A program made the translations under genes and the position numbers. 58,659 nucleotides of DNA, from IMG/VR virus record IMGVR_UViG_3300006864_000001, positions 1 to 58,659 of that record; one strand, 5' to 3'. Positions 15,685 through 24,509 of the stretch are shown here, piece by piece. A model generated the notes under the pieces. That model ran no database searches. It was not told the DNA's origin and saw nothing but the letters and a program-made list of their open reading frames with translations. Source of the DNA: a virus. Positions within the stretch are counted from its first letter, which is position 1; each line of letters starts with the position of its first letter.

Positions 15685-15840
15685 TTAGTCATTCTCCTGG
15701 CACTTGCTAAGCCAGAGCTCGGCTTCTTCGATCTTGGTTAGCGCGAGCGAACGCTCGCGTCCAGGCTTGATCTCTTCCTCGATACCCTCTCGCAGCTGTG
15801 ACAGATTCGTCTTGAACCAGGGAATATAATCCTTAGCCAT
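15685..15840 (-). CDS. Small helical protein (51 aa)
   Basis: Read by eye: MAKDYIPWFKTNLSQLREGIEEEIKPGRERSLALTKIEEAELWLSKCQEND, with an AGGGG RBS. Confidence 0.4.
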   Translation of the reverse strand: MAKDYIPWFKTNLSQLREGIEEEIKPGRERSLALTKIEEAELWLSKCQEND

Positions 15841-15850
15841 TGTTTATCCC

Positions 15851-16132
15851 CTAGTCCGGAATGCAGACGTTGTCGAACTTCTTGTACGCGTCGAGATAAG
15901 ACTCGGCCTTGTCGCCGTTGTAGGTGACCTCGTAGTACATGCCATCCGGAAGAGTCGTACTGATGAGCGCCTTCCAGTTTTGCAGGGTCTTCGAGAACCA
16001 GACGACATAGACCTCGTCGAAGGCGAATGTGACATGCGTGTCGGTCTTCTCAAGGCGCTTCTTGATGTACTCGAAGGCGATCAGCTTCGCCTTGACGATG
16101 ATTCGTTGCTCGGGCATTTCTATTTCCGCCAT
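15851..16132 (-). CDS. Hypothetical protein, paralogue of 25365..25811
   Basis: ORF 15851..16201. Start at MAEIEMPEQ (AAGGAG RBS). VVWFSKTLQNWKALISTTLPDGMYYEVTYNGDK aligns with ILWFTRTSDDWQAICTSSVARGILWEVSFDGET. Confidence 0.6.
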   Translation of the reverse strand: MAEIEMPEQRIIVKAKLIAFEYIKKRLEKTDTHVTFAFDEVYVVWFSKTLQNWKALISTTLPDGMYYEVTYNGDKAESYLDAYKKFDNVCIPD

Positions 16133-16314
16133 CTTGGCGTCTCCTTTGCGTAGAGCATCACACGTTAGACAAGCACCTGGAACGTGAAGATAACTATCCA
16201 TCTTATTCCTAACTGGCTCGCTCGATCATCATCCGCTCACCGTTAACGTAAATAGTGAGCGGAACGTCTTTCATCGGCGTAGAGAGATTAGGCATTTCAT
16301 TCCTGAGTATTCAG

Positions 16315-16575
16315 CTACGGGCGCATGCCTTTCGCCATCGATTCCGCGCTCTCCACCTCAGCGACGCATTCCTCAAGATGAAGGTAGAACTGCGTAAGCT
16401 TCTGGCAAAGAACGCCGAGAGTTACGGAAGATATGTCGCCCGGAATGACTCGAAGACGCAAGACCCTGTCCGAAAGTTGATCGTTCATCGCCTGCGCTTG
16501 GGCGATTGCTTTTGAATTGGCTTCCAGGATCTTCCAGATTTCGTTCAGCGATTCGCGCTGCTTTGAGGTGGGCAT
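16315..16575 (-). CDS. Hypothetical protein
   Basis: 86-aa ORF. Confidence 0.5.
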   Translation of the reverse strand: MPTSKQRESLNEIWKILEANSKAIAQAQAMNDQLSDRVLRLRVIPGDISSVTLGVLCQKLTQFYLHLEECVAEVESAESMAKGMRP

Positions 16576-16638
16576 TCCTGTCCCTAACTGATTCTTATTT
16601 CGAATCTAATTTATTTTGTATCGTTTGATTTGAAGCGA

Positions 16639-16932
16639 TTAACTCTTATCCGGATATCTTCCGATCCATCGCCAGTCATGTGCGTCCACGAGAGTATGCT
16701 TTTCGCGAAGAACGTCAGGATTTCCGGTTTTCACCGGCTCCAGAGAGACTATCACGCGACCATCAGCCATGAATGTTGTATCTTTGACGCATCTCGAAGC
16801 CCAACCATCGGCCAGTTCGATCTGGTCACCTGGCCGCGGAACCGCCATCAGCCAGCGTCTGATACGAATACACCAGATACCCGCCTCAGCTGGAGGATTG
16901 GAGTAGATGTTGAGATCGATAATGACATACAT
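16639..16932 (-). CDS. Hypothetical protein
   Basis: ORF 16639..16959; start at MYVIIDLN (TAGGAG RBS, right after the replicase stop). Confidence 0.5.
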   Translation of the reverse strand: MYVIIDLNIYSNPPAEAGIWCIRIRRWLMAVPRPGDQIELADGWASRCVKDTTFMADGRVIVSLEPVKTGNPDVLREKHTLVDAHDWRWIGRYPDKS

Positions 16933-16943
16933 CGATGATACTC

Positions 16944-19900
16944 CTAGCTGGTGAACCATTCAAAGTCACCGTAATTGGAGATATTCGTGACAGCCGCATC
17001 CACGAGCTTCGTGAAATATGACATGTCGATTGATTCTTCTAGCTCCTCATCAATCCCGAACTTCAGGACGTGAGCTTCCTTCCAGAAGTGACCCTTGGTG
17101 CCGGAAGCCGCGTGGAATGCGCCGTCCTTACCCCGGAGTAGAGTGCCTCCGCCGGTTCCCGCGAGGACAGGAACGAATGCGCCCGCTCGTCCGACGAAGC
17201 GAGGCTCTCCATCGCCGAAATCAAGGTAGAGAGCAGTCGTGACAGTCTTTGTCTCAGTGAAGTCATGATAATTCAGAGGTTCCTTACTGAATAGAGTTTT
17301 GAAGACGTAAGGGTGCTGGAACTGTGCTCCGGTTGCCGTCCAAGTGCCATCGTGCTTCTTGGCGACGTAGACGGCGTCATTGACGAGACAGAACTTGGAA
17401 TATGTCTCTTCATGTTCAAAGTCGTAGCCATATTGTTGGCCGAATTCCATTACGAAGTTGACGATCTCCGGCGTTGCATCGGGGATCTTGATCGAATCGG
17501 TCTTAATATGAACGACCTTGAAGCCCTGCTTCTGGACCGCCTCTTTCAAGTCGATCATGAACAGGGCACCGCGCTTGGCGACGATGTTGTCTTTGTTACG
17601 CGGGTCACGGAACGGGTTGTCGAAGCTTGCTGATGTGAGACCGTAGACGATGTTGATTACGATCTTCAGCGCATAGGATAGCGCTGTGGCATCGTCTTCC
17701 GAATTGAGGTAAGGTTCGAGGGCACCGGAGAGCATTTTTCGAGCTGCAGTGTAATCCTTACGCTTGATGGCGATGCGAGCGGCCTTGAGATCTGCGAAAT
17801 TCTTCGTATAAGGACCGAATAGATCCAGCAGTTCAATCGACGTCGGGTGCATTGACGCAACGTCCAGCACGGCGACGTTTGAGTACATGCCAGGTTCGGC
17901 ATAAACATAGCCGCCCTCGCCTGTGATCTCACCCTTATACTCGCTCTTCCCGAATCCGTACGTATACCCCGGAAATAGCTCTGATAGATCTGTGTAGTTG
18001 AACTTCTCCTGCGGTCGCCTGTCGTCACCGAATATGATCCTCGCTGTGAGTTTCTGAGTGGTGTCGTTGACGGACATGCCGGCCATGTCTGCCAGGATCT
18101 GACGCGCTACGAAATCCTGCTTGCGGTCCTCGAAGACCTGTTCGGTTGTGATGACGTCGTTTGCGCAGTAGTCGAGCACATCAACCCACAAAGGCTCATC
18201 GACTGGACAGTCCCAGGGATGTCCGAGCTCCTTGTGGTTGAGTCCGAGCTCGATTTGGAATCTCTTCAGACCCTGCTTCTTGCTTGAGAAGTCGTAAATA
18301 TCGGCATACGACAATCCATACGCATCGCCGAACATCGACCCTTGCTCGCCATTGATGATCCGCTGGCTGAGTTTGAAGAGGGCCTCGTTGCTGTACCCCA
18401 TCACTCGAGCGTACAAAATATGGTTGTCGTACTTGCGGTTGTTGAATCCCACGAGCTTGAACTTGCAGAGATCCTCGATAGCAGGGCCGCTAGGATTGAG
18501 CATTTTGACGACGTTGGCATCGCCCGCGTACTTCCAGCACACCACGAAGAGATTTGGAAATACCTCAACGTCGTAGAACACAAGCCGTTCGTCCATCGGC
18601 TCAGGCTCTACCGACTTCTGAGCTGACTCCGACGCGAACTTCATGGCCATGACCGTCTTGACGCAGTACAACGAATGGTTCGTCGAGTTGTTGGCGAATG
18701 CCAGAATTCGCCCGCGCATGTCTGTCACGTCGTACGGAAGGCCGGAATTGAACGCGTCTTCGAGGATTTTCCAGATGAAGTCAACGCTTGACTTCGTTCC
18801 CGGATGAATTTCCTTCCGGAGGTTTTTCAGGATCAAAGCCCGCAAACCCTGCTCACTCTGGATAACTTTTGAATCGAGCATCTTCTCTTCCTTGATCGGC
18901 AAGCCTCCGGTGATGAGGGCGACTGGAATATCATTGCACTTGGTCAGCTTGCGTCGAAGTGAGGCTTCTCCCGTGAAGATTTTGACTTCGATTCCTTCGG
19001 CAAAGACACGACCAAGTTTCGAGACATCTCCATCATACAGGTAATGAAGGTGTATTCCTGCCTCGCCCTTACTGAATTCTGCATACGTTGCTGGCCAGAG
19101 GCTAGCTGCCTCAAGGTTTTTCTCGAGACTTTTAGCACCATTGTCTCCTTTCAGGTCAAAATCTATAACGACGTGCTGCTCGCCAGGCTTGACGTAGTGA
19201 ATCTTAGAGGTGTCAAGCTCTGCGAGCGTCGTCTTAACATTAGACCATTTCCGACCAGGAGTTTCATCCTCATTGGCATACTGCGCCGGCATATCAGCCA
19301 GCAGAGTATCGAGCAGGGAAGTCTCGACGTCCATGACTAGTGACGGCTCAGACTTGATCATCATAAGGTTAGGTCCTAGCTTATCGTGCTTGAATCCGGA
19401 GAACCAGCTGCGAATAAGAACGCCGTCGACACGCGCTCGCTCTTCGAATTTGTCGAAGTAGTTCCGCAATTCATCACGAAACTTAGACCGGTTAAGCGTC
19501 CAGTCGTAACCGCTTTCCTCACAGAACGCTTTGTATAGATTCCAGGCCTGAAGGAGCGTAGTGCCGTCTTGCTCCTTGAACAGGTCAAATTGTGACAGCA
19601 TGAAGTTATAGAATATGTCGCTTCTGAGGATCATATCGACAGGTCGATAAGTCGAGTAGTAGTTCTTTCCTAGTCGACGATATAGACGCAGGCAGTGATA
19701 TGCAATTGCGCCGAGTTCGAATCCAATTTGCGCCGTTGTTGCCGCATATTCTTCCGCCGGGATTTTTTCGCCCGTGGGGTGTACGTCGATCAAGCGCCTG
19801 ATGAGACCCGATTTTGCATCCGTAATGCGAACCGACTGGTTAGAGCCGATAAACAAGAACGCAAATATCTTGCTTGTGTAGGTGGTCTTGTACTTCTCGT

Positions 19901-20660
19901 TGATGACCAAATCTTCGTGGGATATGATCGAGTTAAGACGAGTGTTATCTTCGATCTTCGACAAGTCACCATCATGCTGAATTGCAACGAGCGGATTACC
20001 CCTAAACGCTTCCGTGGCAAACGGATTATTCGCGGTAGTTATAGCTTTCGCGTCGAACGCGGCGTAGTAACCGACGAACAACTGCTGCAGAATATTTAGG
20101 AACGTCGACTTGCCTGTCCCGGCCTCACCATACAACACGAAGAATTTCTGAATATGCCTAGAGTCGCCTGCTAGTATTGCACCGATTCCCCATTCGAGCT
20201 TACGACGCTCTTCGACAGAATATAGCACACTCATCAGACGATCGTACGCCACGATCGATCCATCTTCGATGGAATACGGCAAACGCTTTGAACTGTAATC
20301 CGCCTTCCTTGGCGGCGTATTTGCGAAGGCTAGCTTCGCGTCTAGATGATGGTTCGAATCCGGCAAGTTTCCGCAATAACTGCGAAATTCCTGCCATAGC
20401 TTGCTCCTGTAGCTCCCGAGAGTCCGAACGTGGACCGACACATCCGGACTCTCGAGTTCGTCAGCACGCTTGTAGAGATCGGCGTCAAGCAGTCGTTGGA
20501 CATCAAATTCATCCGTTGACCACAGGCCCGCTTCTTCATCCCAGATTGCATAGAAAGAGCCACCGCGAACCATCAGGTCGGACGAGCGGCGAACCGTAAA
20601 GTCTGGGTAAACCTCGACTCCACTCTTCGTCACCCGGTCTCTGACCTGATAGAAGTCCAT
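16944..20660 (-). CDS. Fusion replicase: SF3 (D5-like) helicase + AEP primase-polymerase + family B DNA polymerase with 3'-5' exonuclease
   Basis: 1238 aa. Walker A YGEAGTGKST. AEP motifs VVIDFDLK and EAGIHLHY. Exo I FYDVEVF, Exo II GFNNRKYDNHIL, Exo III YCANDV. PolB motif A LDVASMHPT, motif B KIVINIVYG, motif C HIKTDSI. Confidence 0.85.
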   Translation of the reverse strand: MDFYQVRDRVTKSGVEVYPDFTVRRSSDLMVRGGSFYAIWDEEAGLWSTDEFDVQRLLDADLYKRADELESPDVSVHVRTLGSYRSKLWQEFRSYCGNLPDSNHHLDAKLAFANTPPRKADYSSKRLPYSIEDGSIVAYDRLMSVLYSVEERRKLEWGIGAILAGDSRHIQKFFVLYGEAGTGKSTFLNILQQLFVGYYAAFDAKAITTANNPFATEAFRGNPLVAIQHDGDLSKIEDNTRLNSIISHEDLVINEKYKTTYTSKIFAFLFIGSNQSVRITDAKSGLIRRLIDVHPTGEKIPAEEYAATTAQIGFELGAIAYHCLRLYRRLGKNYYSTYRPVDMILRSDIFYNFMLSQFDLFKEQDGTTLLQAWNLYKAFCEESGYDWTLNRSKFRDELRNYFDKFEERARVDGVLIRSWFSGFKHDKLGPNLMMIKSEPSLVMDVETSLLDTLLADMPAQYANEDETPGRKWSNVKTTLAELDTSKIHYVKPGEQHVVIDFDLKGDNGAKSLEKNLEAASLWPATYAEFSKGEAGIHLHYLYDGDVSKLGRVFAEGIEVKIFTGEASLRRKLTKCNDIPVALITGGLPIKEEKMLDSKVIQSEQGLRALILKNLRKEIHPGTKSSVDFIWKILEDAFNSGLPYDVTDMRGRILAFANNSTNHSLYCVKTVMAMKFASESAQKSVEPEPMDERLVFYDVEVFPNLFVVCWKYAGDANVVKMLNPSGPAIEDLCKFKLVGFNNRKYDNHILYARVMGYSNEALFKLSQRIINGEQGSMFGDAYGLSYADIYDFSSKKQGLKRFQIELGLNHKELGHPWDCPVDEPLWVDVLDYCANDVITTEQVFEDRKQDFVARQILADMAGMSVNDTTQKLTARIIFGDDRRPQEKFNYTDLSELFPGYTYGFGKSEYKGEITGEGGYVYAEPGMYSNVAVLDVASMHPTSIELLDLFGPYTKNFADLKAARIAIKRKDYTAARKMLSGALEPYLNSEDDATALSYALKIVINIVYGLTSASFDNPFRDPRNKDNIVAKRGALFMIDLKEAVQKQGFKVVHIKTDSIKIPDATPEIVNFVMEFGQQYGYDFEHEETYSKFCLVNDAVYVAKKHDGTWTATGAQFQHPYVFKTLFSKEPLNYHDFTETKTVTTALYLDFGDGEPRFVGRAGAFVPVLAGTGGGTLLRGKDGAFHAASGTKGHFWKEAHVLKFGIDEELEESIDMSYFTKLVDAAVTNISNYGDFEWFTS

Positions 20661-20675
20661 AGAAGTCCTCTCTCG

Positions 20676-21221
20676 CTAATACATCATGTTTTCTGTCATG
20701 TAAGCGCTCATCTGGAGCCAAAGCTCGACGTTACGCTGATCTTGATTCGGAATCTCGAGTGGGAATATTCCTCCTCGGCCAGACGGTCCATACGCACGAT
20801 CATTGAAGCGATTGAGCTTGCGCTCTATTCGCCACATGTCAGTAGGAAGTATGCGTTTATCGTTAAGATGAACTAGACCGAGGTTAATCAAGAATTGCTT
20901 AAACCACCAGCCAACAGTTCGATCAACCATGAAATCGGCTCTTTTGGAAATTCCGATCAGCACCTCAAATATAGAAGCGTCTGAGGCGAGAAGTTCATCC
21001 CAAGTAGCCAGGCCTGTAACGACATCCATTTCTTTGATGAATTCGTTACGAAGCTCGCTACCATCCGCATTTCGATTAATGTCCTGCGGAATGATAGCGT
21101 TGAAGAGTTTCTGATGCATAATGTCACATAGCTTCAAATATGACAACTGCGAATCCGAGTCCCGAACAGTAAATACTTGATCGTAAAGCCAGCAGAAATA
21201 TCGCTGGCTCAGATCTCGCAC
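20676..21221 (-). CDS. Conserved phage protein of unknown function
   Basis: 181 aa. Motifs DINRNADGSELR, GRGGIFPL and DQRNVELWLQM recall a widespread family often adjacent to phage replication genes. Confidence 0.6.
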   Translation of the reverse strand: MRDLSQRYFCWLYDQVFTVRDSDSQLSYLKLCDIMHQKLFNAIIPQDINRNADGSELRNEFIKEMDVVTGLATWDELLASDASIFEVLIGISKRADFMVDRTVGWWFKQFLINLGLVHLNDKRILPTDMWRIERKLNRFNDRAYGPSGRGGIFPLEIPNQDQRNVELWLQMSAYMTENMMY

Positions 21222-22081
21222 TTCTCACCTCTTTTCTTAGAGTTAGGATTGCCGTAATTGAGAACGGCTTCCACGTATTCCGTTCGATTCAGGACGATGT
21301 CGAAATCAGCTTCCAGCTTGTGATTCCGCACGTACTGAATATACGGATCGAGTGAGACCCCGCCAAAGTCTTCGATCCTAAGCGGTCCGGTAATTCCGTC
21401 AAAGGTCCGGATCGGATCATCCTTATCGTCGACTAGGACGTTGTCGCCAGCGTAGTAAGTTACACTGATTTTGTTGTAGTGTTCGTAGGCCTCTTCGTTG
21501 AATTCGGCACTATCTATTCGGAAGGGTCTGGATTCGTCTCGGTCTGCGGGAGGCCAGATGATGACTCCGTCGAGACCATCTCGATTTCGTCCCTGGATGG
21601 ATCCTTCTGCCACCGTTCGATGGATTCCTGAATTTGAGCGAACCGAACTTTCTGCGCGGTAGTTTTCGGAAAGTGATATCCCATCTCTCTCGCGAATTCC
21701 CTCAGTCGTACCGGGCCAAGCGGGATCGGATCCAAGATCGGATTCGTCGTTGTTTCCGCCAGCGCCCTCACCTTCCACGCGTCCGTCTTCGTCGGGTCCA
21801 TATTCTCCGGAAGGATCACCGTATCCCAGTTCAGCGGCTCGTGCGAGCCCTGCTCGGTAAGCGAGGTATCCTGAGTCATTGGTGCCAAGCTTGGCCAGGT
21901 CGGCATCTGCTCGAAGACGGTAATGTTGCCGGACGGATTCAATTTCGGCATCAGCGGAAGCCTGAACTCGGTTGCGTAGAAGTAGATAACCGAGAATACC
22001 CCCAGCAACACAGCCACCCACAGCACCGAGAACAAAAGAGGGTGCATGCATATGACGGACATTGATTTTCACGCCTTTCAT
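21209..22081 (-). CDS. Membrane-anchored hypothetical protein
   Basis: 290 aa with an N-terminal TM helix (FVLGAVGGCVAGGILGYLLL) and an acidic low-complexity middle. Confidence 0.6.
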   Translation of the reverse strand: MKGVKINVRHMHAPSFVLGAVGGCVAGGILGYLLLRNRVQASADAEIESVRQHYRLRADADLAKLGTNDSGYLAYRAGLARAAELGYGDPSGEYGPDEDGRVEGEGAGGNNDESDLGSDPAWPGTTEGIRERDGISLSENYRAESSVRSNSGIHRTVAEGSIQGRNRDGLDGVIIWPPADRDESRPFRIDSAEFNEEAYEHYNKISVTYYAGDNVLVDDKDDPIRTFDGITGPLRIEDFGGVSLDPYIQYVRNHKLEADFDIVLNRTEYVEAVLNYGNPNSKKRGEKCEI

Positions 22082-22082
22082 A

Positions 22083-22955
22083 TCAGATCCGGATTACGCC
22101 GTCGACATTGAAGTCGAGGAGGATGCTGGCCTCTAGCCCGTTAACGAACTCACGAGCGCTTTCGTTGTACCGATCGTAAAGACCGAAGTCAACGAAGCCG
22201 TCACCAGTTTCGCTGTCCCTCTTCCAGCCCACGACCTGACCGGACTGCGTACGCTCCAGACCGAGGGACTCATAGATCTCGTTCAGAAATATGTAACCGT
22301 AGGCGTTAAGACGGTTGTTCGCCCACTCCTGCTGACTGCGCAGGAATATGTGATTGTACTCCGCCGTGTTGGTCCAGTTACGCGAAGTTGCGTCGAAGAA
22401 TCGCGCGTATGGTGACGGGATCTGATCACTCAAATCGATGACTTCGCCGGTCTCTTTGCCTTCGGCGTCAAATATGCGCATCTTCTTGACACCGCGATAG
22501 AGCTCGAGTTCCTTCTCCTCACCGATCTCGTCCTGAACGCGCTTGCGGTAGGCCTTGTAGCCCGCGTCGAGGACGCCATACGCTGCAACGAGTGCGGACT
22601 GACGCTTGAGCATGATGCCGTGGCCAGCCAGCACGCAGGATATGGATACGGCACCGAGAACGATTGCTGGTCCGTAGTTCTTGGCGAGCTCGGCGCCGGC
22701 CTCGATCCAGATTTCTCCGGTCTTCTTAGCAAGCTCGTTCTTGGTTAGCTCCTGACCGCCATCATTGGTTAGCGTGTCAACACGCTCCTTGGCGGAACTG
22801 GCGATGCCCTGAGACTTGAGAGCCGCCTTTCCGACGAAAATCGCGGTCGCGACGAAACCGACTACGCCGGCGCCCGTCAAGATTGTTGGTGCATTCTGCT
22901 TCAACGCACCTCGCACGGAGCCTAGAGCTCGCGTACTGAGTTTCGAGATGTTCAC
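22083..22955 (-). CDS. Membrane-anchored protein (DUF6353-like), paralogue of 26256..27071
   Basis: 290 aa, GTG start with a TAAGGA RBS. NAPTILTGAGVVGFVATAIFVGKAALK aligns with NSPTILSGMAVAGVVGTVVLAVKATPK. Confidence 0.6.
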   Translation of the reverse strand: MNISKLSTRALGSVRGALKQNAPTILTGAGVVGFVATAIFVGKAALKSQGIASSAKERVDTLTNDGGQELTKNELAKKTGEIWIEAGAELAKNYGPAIVLGAVSISCVLAGHGIMLKRQSALVAAYGVLDAGYKAYRKRVQDEIGEEKELELYRGVKKMRIFDAEGKETGEVIDLSDQIPSPYARFFDATSRNWTNTAEYNHIFLRSQQEWANNRLNAYGYIFLNEIYESLGLERTQSGQVVGWKRDSETGDGFVDFGLYDRYNESAREFVNGLEASILLDFNVDGVIRI

Positions 22956-22965
22956 GAATATGTCC

Positions 22966-23355
22966 TTACAGAGTTGTTTTGACGTTGTCGATGGATGGGT
23001 AAGCTACCCAGGTTGACGCTTCCCATTTTGGAACGACGCCATGCGTCTCGGTCATGTTGAGCCAGGCGTTGCGAACTTCTTCAGTGGTGAATGTATCGAT
23101 CGCGTACTTTTCGCCATCTTTGTAGCAGATTGCATGATCGACCACACCACCTAGTGGCACGGAACCAAGATCTTGAACACGACCGCAGTCGATTTGTCTG
23201 GCTACGTCCACAGCAGACATGGTCTGCGCCACGTATGTGTACGTACCATTTCCGGATTTTGGTGCCGCCTGATAGCTGGCGTACCCTACACCCAGAAGAC
23301 CCAGAGTTAGAAGAACTGAAGCGAATGCCTGGAGTCGAGTTTTGCGGGCGTCCAT
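22966..23355 (-). CDS. Secreted or membrane-anchored hypothetical protein
   Basis: 129 aa with a signal-like N-terminus (LQAFASVLLTLGLLGVGYA). Confidence 0.6.
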   Translation of the reverse strand: MDARKTRLQAFASVLLTLGLLGVGYASYQAAPKSGNGTYTYVAQTMSAVDVARQIDCGRVQDLGSVPLGGVVDHAICYKDGEKYAIDTFTTEEVRNAWLNMTETHGVVPKWEASTWVAYPSIDNVKTTL

Positions 23356-23372
23356 GATCCTTTTCTTTCTTG

Positions 23373-24029
23373 TTATGTTATCGGTTGAGTGCGGGGAAGA
23401 ATTAGCAGATATCCGCCGCGAATTGCGCGAACGCTAGCGCTGCGAAGGTCGTACCATCCCCACTTGTCGTCGGTGAATTCCCCTGAAATACCGACTAGGT
23501 CGTAGAGATCGTTGACCGTAGCAACATCGTACTTGTCGATCAGAAATCGAAGACGATCTAGAACATCTTCGGCATCCCCTCGAGATTCAAGGATAATGTC
23601 ACTGAAGTCATGCGTAGTTCGTGCTTGACGAGTCATCGTGCGTTGTGGTGTTGACTGCGGTTGAGCACGACTGTGGTTAGTGTATCCGGGTCGACTGCCT
23701 TGTGTTGCCCGAGGCCGAATATCGCCAAACATGAGTCGTTCAACGCCCTGACTGACAGCGTCGCTGATCATGTTTTTGGCCGCTGGAACGAGAACTTCCA
23801 TGACGACATATTGAACGACCGAGTTTGAACTTTCGCTGAAGAACGTTTCGTAAATCTTCGAACCGACGCCCTTTTTACGGGTAACGACATCACCGGTGAC
23901 GATTTTTTCTTGCTTCGGCTTGTCTTCCTCAGGGTCGATTCTAGCCCGCTTGGAGTTTGACGGATAGTCGACCTTGACTGTTCGTTGGCGACCCCCGCCC
24001 ACGTCAACATTCATCATTCCATCAGTCAT
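23373..24029 (-). CDS. Hypothetical protein
   Basis: 218-aa ORF; the C-terminal RGDAEDVLDRLRFLIDKYDVATVNDLYDLVG...GGYLLILP segment looks conserved. Confidence 0.6.
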   Translation of the reverse strand: MTDGMMNVDVGGGRQRTVKVDYPSNSKRARIDPEEDKPKQEKIVTGDVVTRKKGVGSKIYETFFSESSNSVVQYVVMEVLVPAAKNMISDAVSQGVERLMFGDIRPRATQGSRPGYTNHSRAQPQSTPQRTMTRQARTTHDFSDIILESRGDAEDVLDRLRFLIDKYDVATVNDLYDLVGISGEFTDDKWGWYDLRSASVRAIRGGYLLILPRTQPIT

Positions 24030-24231
24030 TGTCGTTCTCCATCGTCAGATATTCCTCGATTTCTTGGGCCATCTGATGACAGGTCTCCACGGCTTCTCGT
24101 TCATTAGAAGTAGTGGGCTCTGCTGACTTTAGCATTGGCCGCAACTCTTCTTCAAGAGTAGCCCTGGCGTAAGCGAATGATCCGTAGTTCTCACGCAGTT
24201 CTTCAAACCTGCTTGGAGGTGTTATCTTCAT
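24022..24231 (-). CDS. Small acidic protein, tandem paralogue of 24228..24428
   Basis: PSRFEELRENYGS aligns with KSRFQLLKHRYGS; both end in EY.(L/T). Confidence 0.5.
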   Translation of the reverse strand: MKITPPSRFEELRENYGSFAYARATLEEELRPMLKSAEPTTSNEREAVETCHQMAQEIEEYLTMENDND

Positions 24232-24428
24232 CGTTGCTCCCCAAGCTCCAGATATTCGTTAAGCTCGTCACGAATAACCTTTGCGCGAGATATATCGTCG
24301 GAATTAAGTTCTTCATCCTCGGGGTTAGCGATCTGGCCGTTCAGCTCAGATCTATAGCTCGAGGCATCCGAAAGCGAACCGTAACGATGCTTCAGAAGCT
24401 GAAACCTAGATTTTGTTACGTCGTCCAT
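24228..24428 (-). CDS. Small acidic protein, tandem paralogue
   Basis: ORF 24228..24452; start at MDDVTKSRF (TTAGGAG RBS). Confidence 0.5.
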   Translation of the reverse strand: MDDVTKSRFQLLKHRYGSLSDASSYRSELNGQIANPEDEELNSDDISRAKVIRDELNEYLELGEQR

Positions 24429-24509
24429 CGTTCTCCTAAATATGAGGGGCACATTTATCTTTGTCGTTTGAGATCTAGCGAGGCGCTGATCCCCCTCAAG
24501 AATATGGAT

